Source: Malacoraja senta (lineage: Eukaryota). Taken from it: 64,000 nucleotides of DNA. Where the stretch lies: assembly GCA_038087875.1 (NCBI GenBank), contig CM075996.1, positions 6,884,001-6,948,000 on the forward strand, written 5' to 3'. Positions 60,319 to 64,000 of the stretch are shown here, piece by piece (within the stretch, counting starts at the first letter, position 1; every line of letters begins with the position of its first letter). Both the position numbers and the translations under genes were made by a program. The notes beneath the pieces were generated by a model, which saw only the letters and a program-made list of their open reading frames with translations, was not told the origin of the DNA and did no database searches.

Positions 60319-63300
60319 CCTTCCTCCACGTTAGAAGAATAATCAGCTCCTGGATGTGAACCTGCGGCAGTAATCATGGTTTATAAAGACAATCTCGACC
60401 AATCTGGTTGACACTCAAAGAGGTCCAATCAATGCCTTCCTCTCATATCTCCCCACAATCTCGAGCTTCCAACCAAAGGTTAGACAAACTTTGGGCGGGA
60501 AAGGATTGTTAATATGTGTAGGAGGGAACTGCAGATGCTGGTTTAAACCGGAGATAGGCACAAAATACTGGAGTAACTCAGCGGGTCGGGCAGCATCTCC
60601 GGAGAGAAGGAATGGGTGACATTTCGGGCCGAGTCCCTTCAGACCGAGAGTCAGGAGAATGGGAAATGAAAGGTGTAGATGGTGATGTAGAGAGATATGG
60701 AACAAATGAATGAAAGATATGCAAAAAAAAAACTATGATCTGAACAGGCCATTGATAGCTGTGGGCGAGGTGAAAACGAGTTACAGACAATGAGACGACT
60801 TTGAAACTAGTACAAAGACATGGGTGCGGGAGGGTCGGAGATAGAGATAGTTGTTTGATTTTAATATGTCAAAGGTTGCTGGGTCAGTGTCACAATTGTT
60901 TTGTGAAGCCCGTAACATGCTGCCTGTGGAAGTCATAGAGTCATACAGCATGGAAACAGGCCCTTCAGCACAGCTTGCCCGCACTGACCAACATGCCCCA
61001 TCTACACTAGTCCCACCTGCCCACCTTTGGCCCGAATCCCTCTAAACCTGTCCTATTCATGTACCTGTCTAAACATCTTTAAAATGCAATAGTTGTTATA
61101 GTTTCTGCCTCAACTACCTCCTCCAGAAGCTCGTTCCATGTACCCACCCATACTGTGTGAAAATGGTACCCCTCAAATTCCTATTAAATTATCCCCTCTC
61201 GCCTTCAACAATGTCCTGTGGTTCTTGATTCTAGACTCTGTGAATCTGCTCCTATCTGTTCTCATGATTTTATACACCGCTACAATGTCATCCCTCATCC
61301 TGCTACGTTCCAAGGAATACAGTCCCAGCCTGCCCAACCTCTCCCTATAGCCCAGGGCCTCGAGTCCTAGAAAGAGTTAGAAAACGTGCAATAACAAATT
61401 TGAAGAGGTATTTATGTGAAATGGGCAGGGAAGGAGGGATACAGATCATGTGCAGGCAGATGGGATTAGTTATTAGGGCAGTGGTGGACATATAAACGTT
61501 TACATATAAACCCTTGTTGTACCCTCGGGGCATGTTAATGGGGGAAACTGGGAAATGGAGACACAAAGGCGAGAACTATAAAGGGAGAGAGAGAGACACA
61601 CACATCTGCAGTCAGTGTGGACCTCAATGTAATGAACATTTGGAAGAGATAGTACCAGAGGTTGTAAGAGAAAGATGAACAACAGCAACGATGGAAATTG
61701 AAGGAAATGTTCATATATCCATGATGGAATGAAACATCCTCCTGCTCTCCAAGGAACAGTCCCAGCCTGCTTAACCTCTCCCTCAGGCCCTCTCGTAAAT
61801 TTTCTTTGTATCCTTTCCAGCTTGAGAACATCTTTCCTATAACATGGTGCCCAGAAATGAACACAATAATCTAATGTGATGAACATTTGGAACAGATAGT
61901 ACCAGAGGGCAAGTTTTAAGAGAAAGATGAAAAACAGCAACATTGGAAATTGGAGGAACTCTACACAGATCTATGTTCAACATATGTAATAAAAAGGAAC
62001 TGCAGATGTTGGTTAAAACAAAATGTTGGAGTAACTCAGCGGGTCAGGCAGCATCTCTGGAGAAAAACATCTCTTCAGACTGAAGTAGGGTCCCGACTGA
62101 AATGTCACCTATCCATGTTCTCCAGAGATGTTGCCTGACCAGCTGAGTGACTTCACCAATCTGCGACTATCATGTTGAACATGAACTCAGTGCGATCTGT
62201 AGCATTAGATCAAGCTTCAATTATTATCTAAGTAGGAAGGACCTGCAGATGCTGCTTTAAACTGAAGATAGAAACTGCAGCAGCAACTCAGCAGGACAGG
62301 CAGCATCACTGGAGAGAATTAATGGGTGAAGTTTCAGGTCGAGACCCTTCTTCAGTTCTTTAATTATTATCTCACCCAAAACACAAACACTAACGGCCTG
62401 TTGCTCCCTGTCAAAGCTCATGAATAATGTCGGGGCAGAATGGTTTGCAGTCGGACTCCGAATACAGATCCGGTTTCTGACTCCATTTGTCTGGGGTCAG
62501 CCCTCTCATCCCCGGAGGTGGCCTCGTGACCCTCTTCTGGACCGCCTCCAACACTGGCACATCTCTCCTTAAATGAAGGGAGGCCACTAAACCTATGCCC
62601 AGCACTCCGGGTACAGACCGACCGACCGACCAACACCCTGTACTGTTGCAACAATATCTCCATATTCCACGTCTCCAGTCCTTGCTGTACCTGCCTGCTG
62701 ATTGTATTGTAATTGATGCACGAGAACAAATAGATCCCTCTCTACTCCACCATTTGATGTTTGTTTACATCTGGATAATAATCTGTCTAAAAGTACACGT
62801 CCCCGCACTTTCCCCACATTGTGAAGCTAATGTTATGTTCATCGCTCAGTTGTTGATTGTCCTGGGCTCACAATGGTTGGAAACTTCTGCACCGATTTTG
62901 GGCTGAGCTCGTGGCACTGATCTCCTGCAGGGAGAGGGTTCCCCTCTGGGCTTACTGAGGGGGGATTCCTGATATCCTGGCAATATCTACCCTTTATTGA
63001 TCATCTGGGTGTCACAGTGGTGCAGCTGGTAGAACTACTGCCTCACAGCACCAGAGACCCGGGTTCAATCCGGACTTCGGTTGCTGTCAGTGTGGAATTT
63101 GTACGTTCACAAGTTATAGGAGTAGAATTAGGCCATTCGGCCCATCGAGTCCACTCCGCCATTCAATCATGGCTGATCTCTGCCTCCTAATCCCATTTTC
63201 CTGTCTCCTCCCCATAGCCCTAGACACCCGTTCTAATCAAGAATTTGTCTATCTCTGCCTTAAAAATATCCACTGACAAATATCCAAATCATTAACATAC

Positions 63301-64000
63301 AACGTGAAGTGGCGCAGCTGGTAGAGCTACTTCCACAGAGTGCCAGAGACCCGGGTTCGATCCTGACCACGGGTGCTGTCTGTACGGAGTTTGTACGTTC
63401 CCCCGTGACAGCATGGGTTTTCTGAGGGTGCTCCGGTTTCCTCCCACACTCCAAAGAGGTGCAGGTTTGCAGGTTAATTGACTTTGGTAAAGATTCTAAA
63501 TTACCCCTAGTCTGCAGGATAGTGAGAGTGTACTAGGATCGCTGGTAGGCGCGGACTGGGTAGGCCGAAGGGCCTGTTTCTGCCCTGTTTCTCTAAACTA
63601 AAATAAGCTGGAGAAATGGCTACTTCAGAAAGTGTCACAGGATTTTTAAACATCCAGCTGGGCAGGTGGTTGAGATGTCAACCAGGTAAACAAAGCTTCC
63701 TTGAACAGCCAGACAATATGTGTAGGAAGGACTCAGCGGGACAGGCAGCATCTCTGGGGAGAAGGAATGGGTGATGTCTCGCTTTGAAGAAGTTCTCTTT
63801 CCGACGAAAGTTCAGCAACATCTTCTCTCACTGTTCCCGCTCTGTGATTCCTCCTTCCCTCCAAAGAGGAAGAAGGGTTTTGACCCGAAACATCACCCAT
63901 TCCTTCTCTACAGAGATGCTGCCTGTCCCATTGAGTTACTCCAGCATTTCGTACCCACCTTCTATTTAAACCGGCATCTTCAGTTTTTTCCTACATATGT

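Larger units (their letters stand above)
26240..64000. repeat. Rearranged tandem segmental duplication containing the two galectin genes
   Basis: 26240-30200 ~ 42650-49400; 31210-32420 ~ 54990-56040; 34500-36658 ~ 56320-58470 inverted; 36878-38580 ~ 62280-64000; 39065-39443 ~ 59980-60344. Confidence 0.92.

Overview
Vertebrate genomic DNA, very probably a skate or ray (inferred from abundant HE1/V-type tRNA SINEs with CR1 tails and Penelope-derived repeats); repeat-rich, with a 200-N gap at 5895-6094. Three gene systems are readable. (1) 69-3415 (+): a run of 36- and 57-nt phase-1 microexons, invisible to the ORF track, that splice into an S-x-E-rich repeat protein (DSKESRE.., DSAENES.., DSAEKES..), a candidate secreted mineralisation phosphoprotein of the Starmaker/OMM-64 type. 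(2) DDX47 on the minus strand, exons 1-10 (24145 down to 7306), with a ZNF143-motif promoter and three 1-nt deletions that look like assembly errors. (3) Two tandem prototype galectin genes (galectin-1/2-like) on the minus strand inside a rearranged segmental duplication; their sugar-binding exon is nearly identical while the flanking exons differ mostly by amino-acid-changing substitutions. Repeats include a 5'-truncated L1, Rex1/Babar-like and CR1 fragments, a Gypsy remnant, TIR elements, minisatellites and many Penelope-associated minimal hammerhead ribozyme motifs. Exon coordinates were read by hand; repeat boundaries are approximate.
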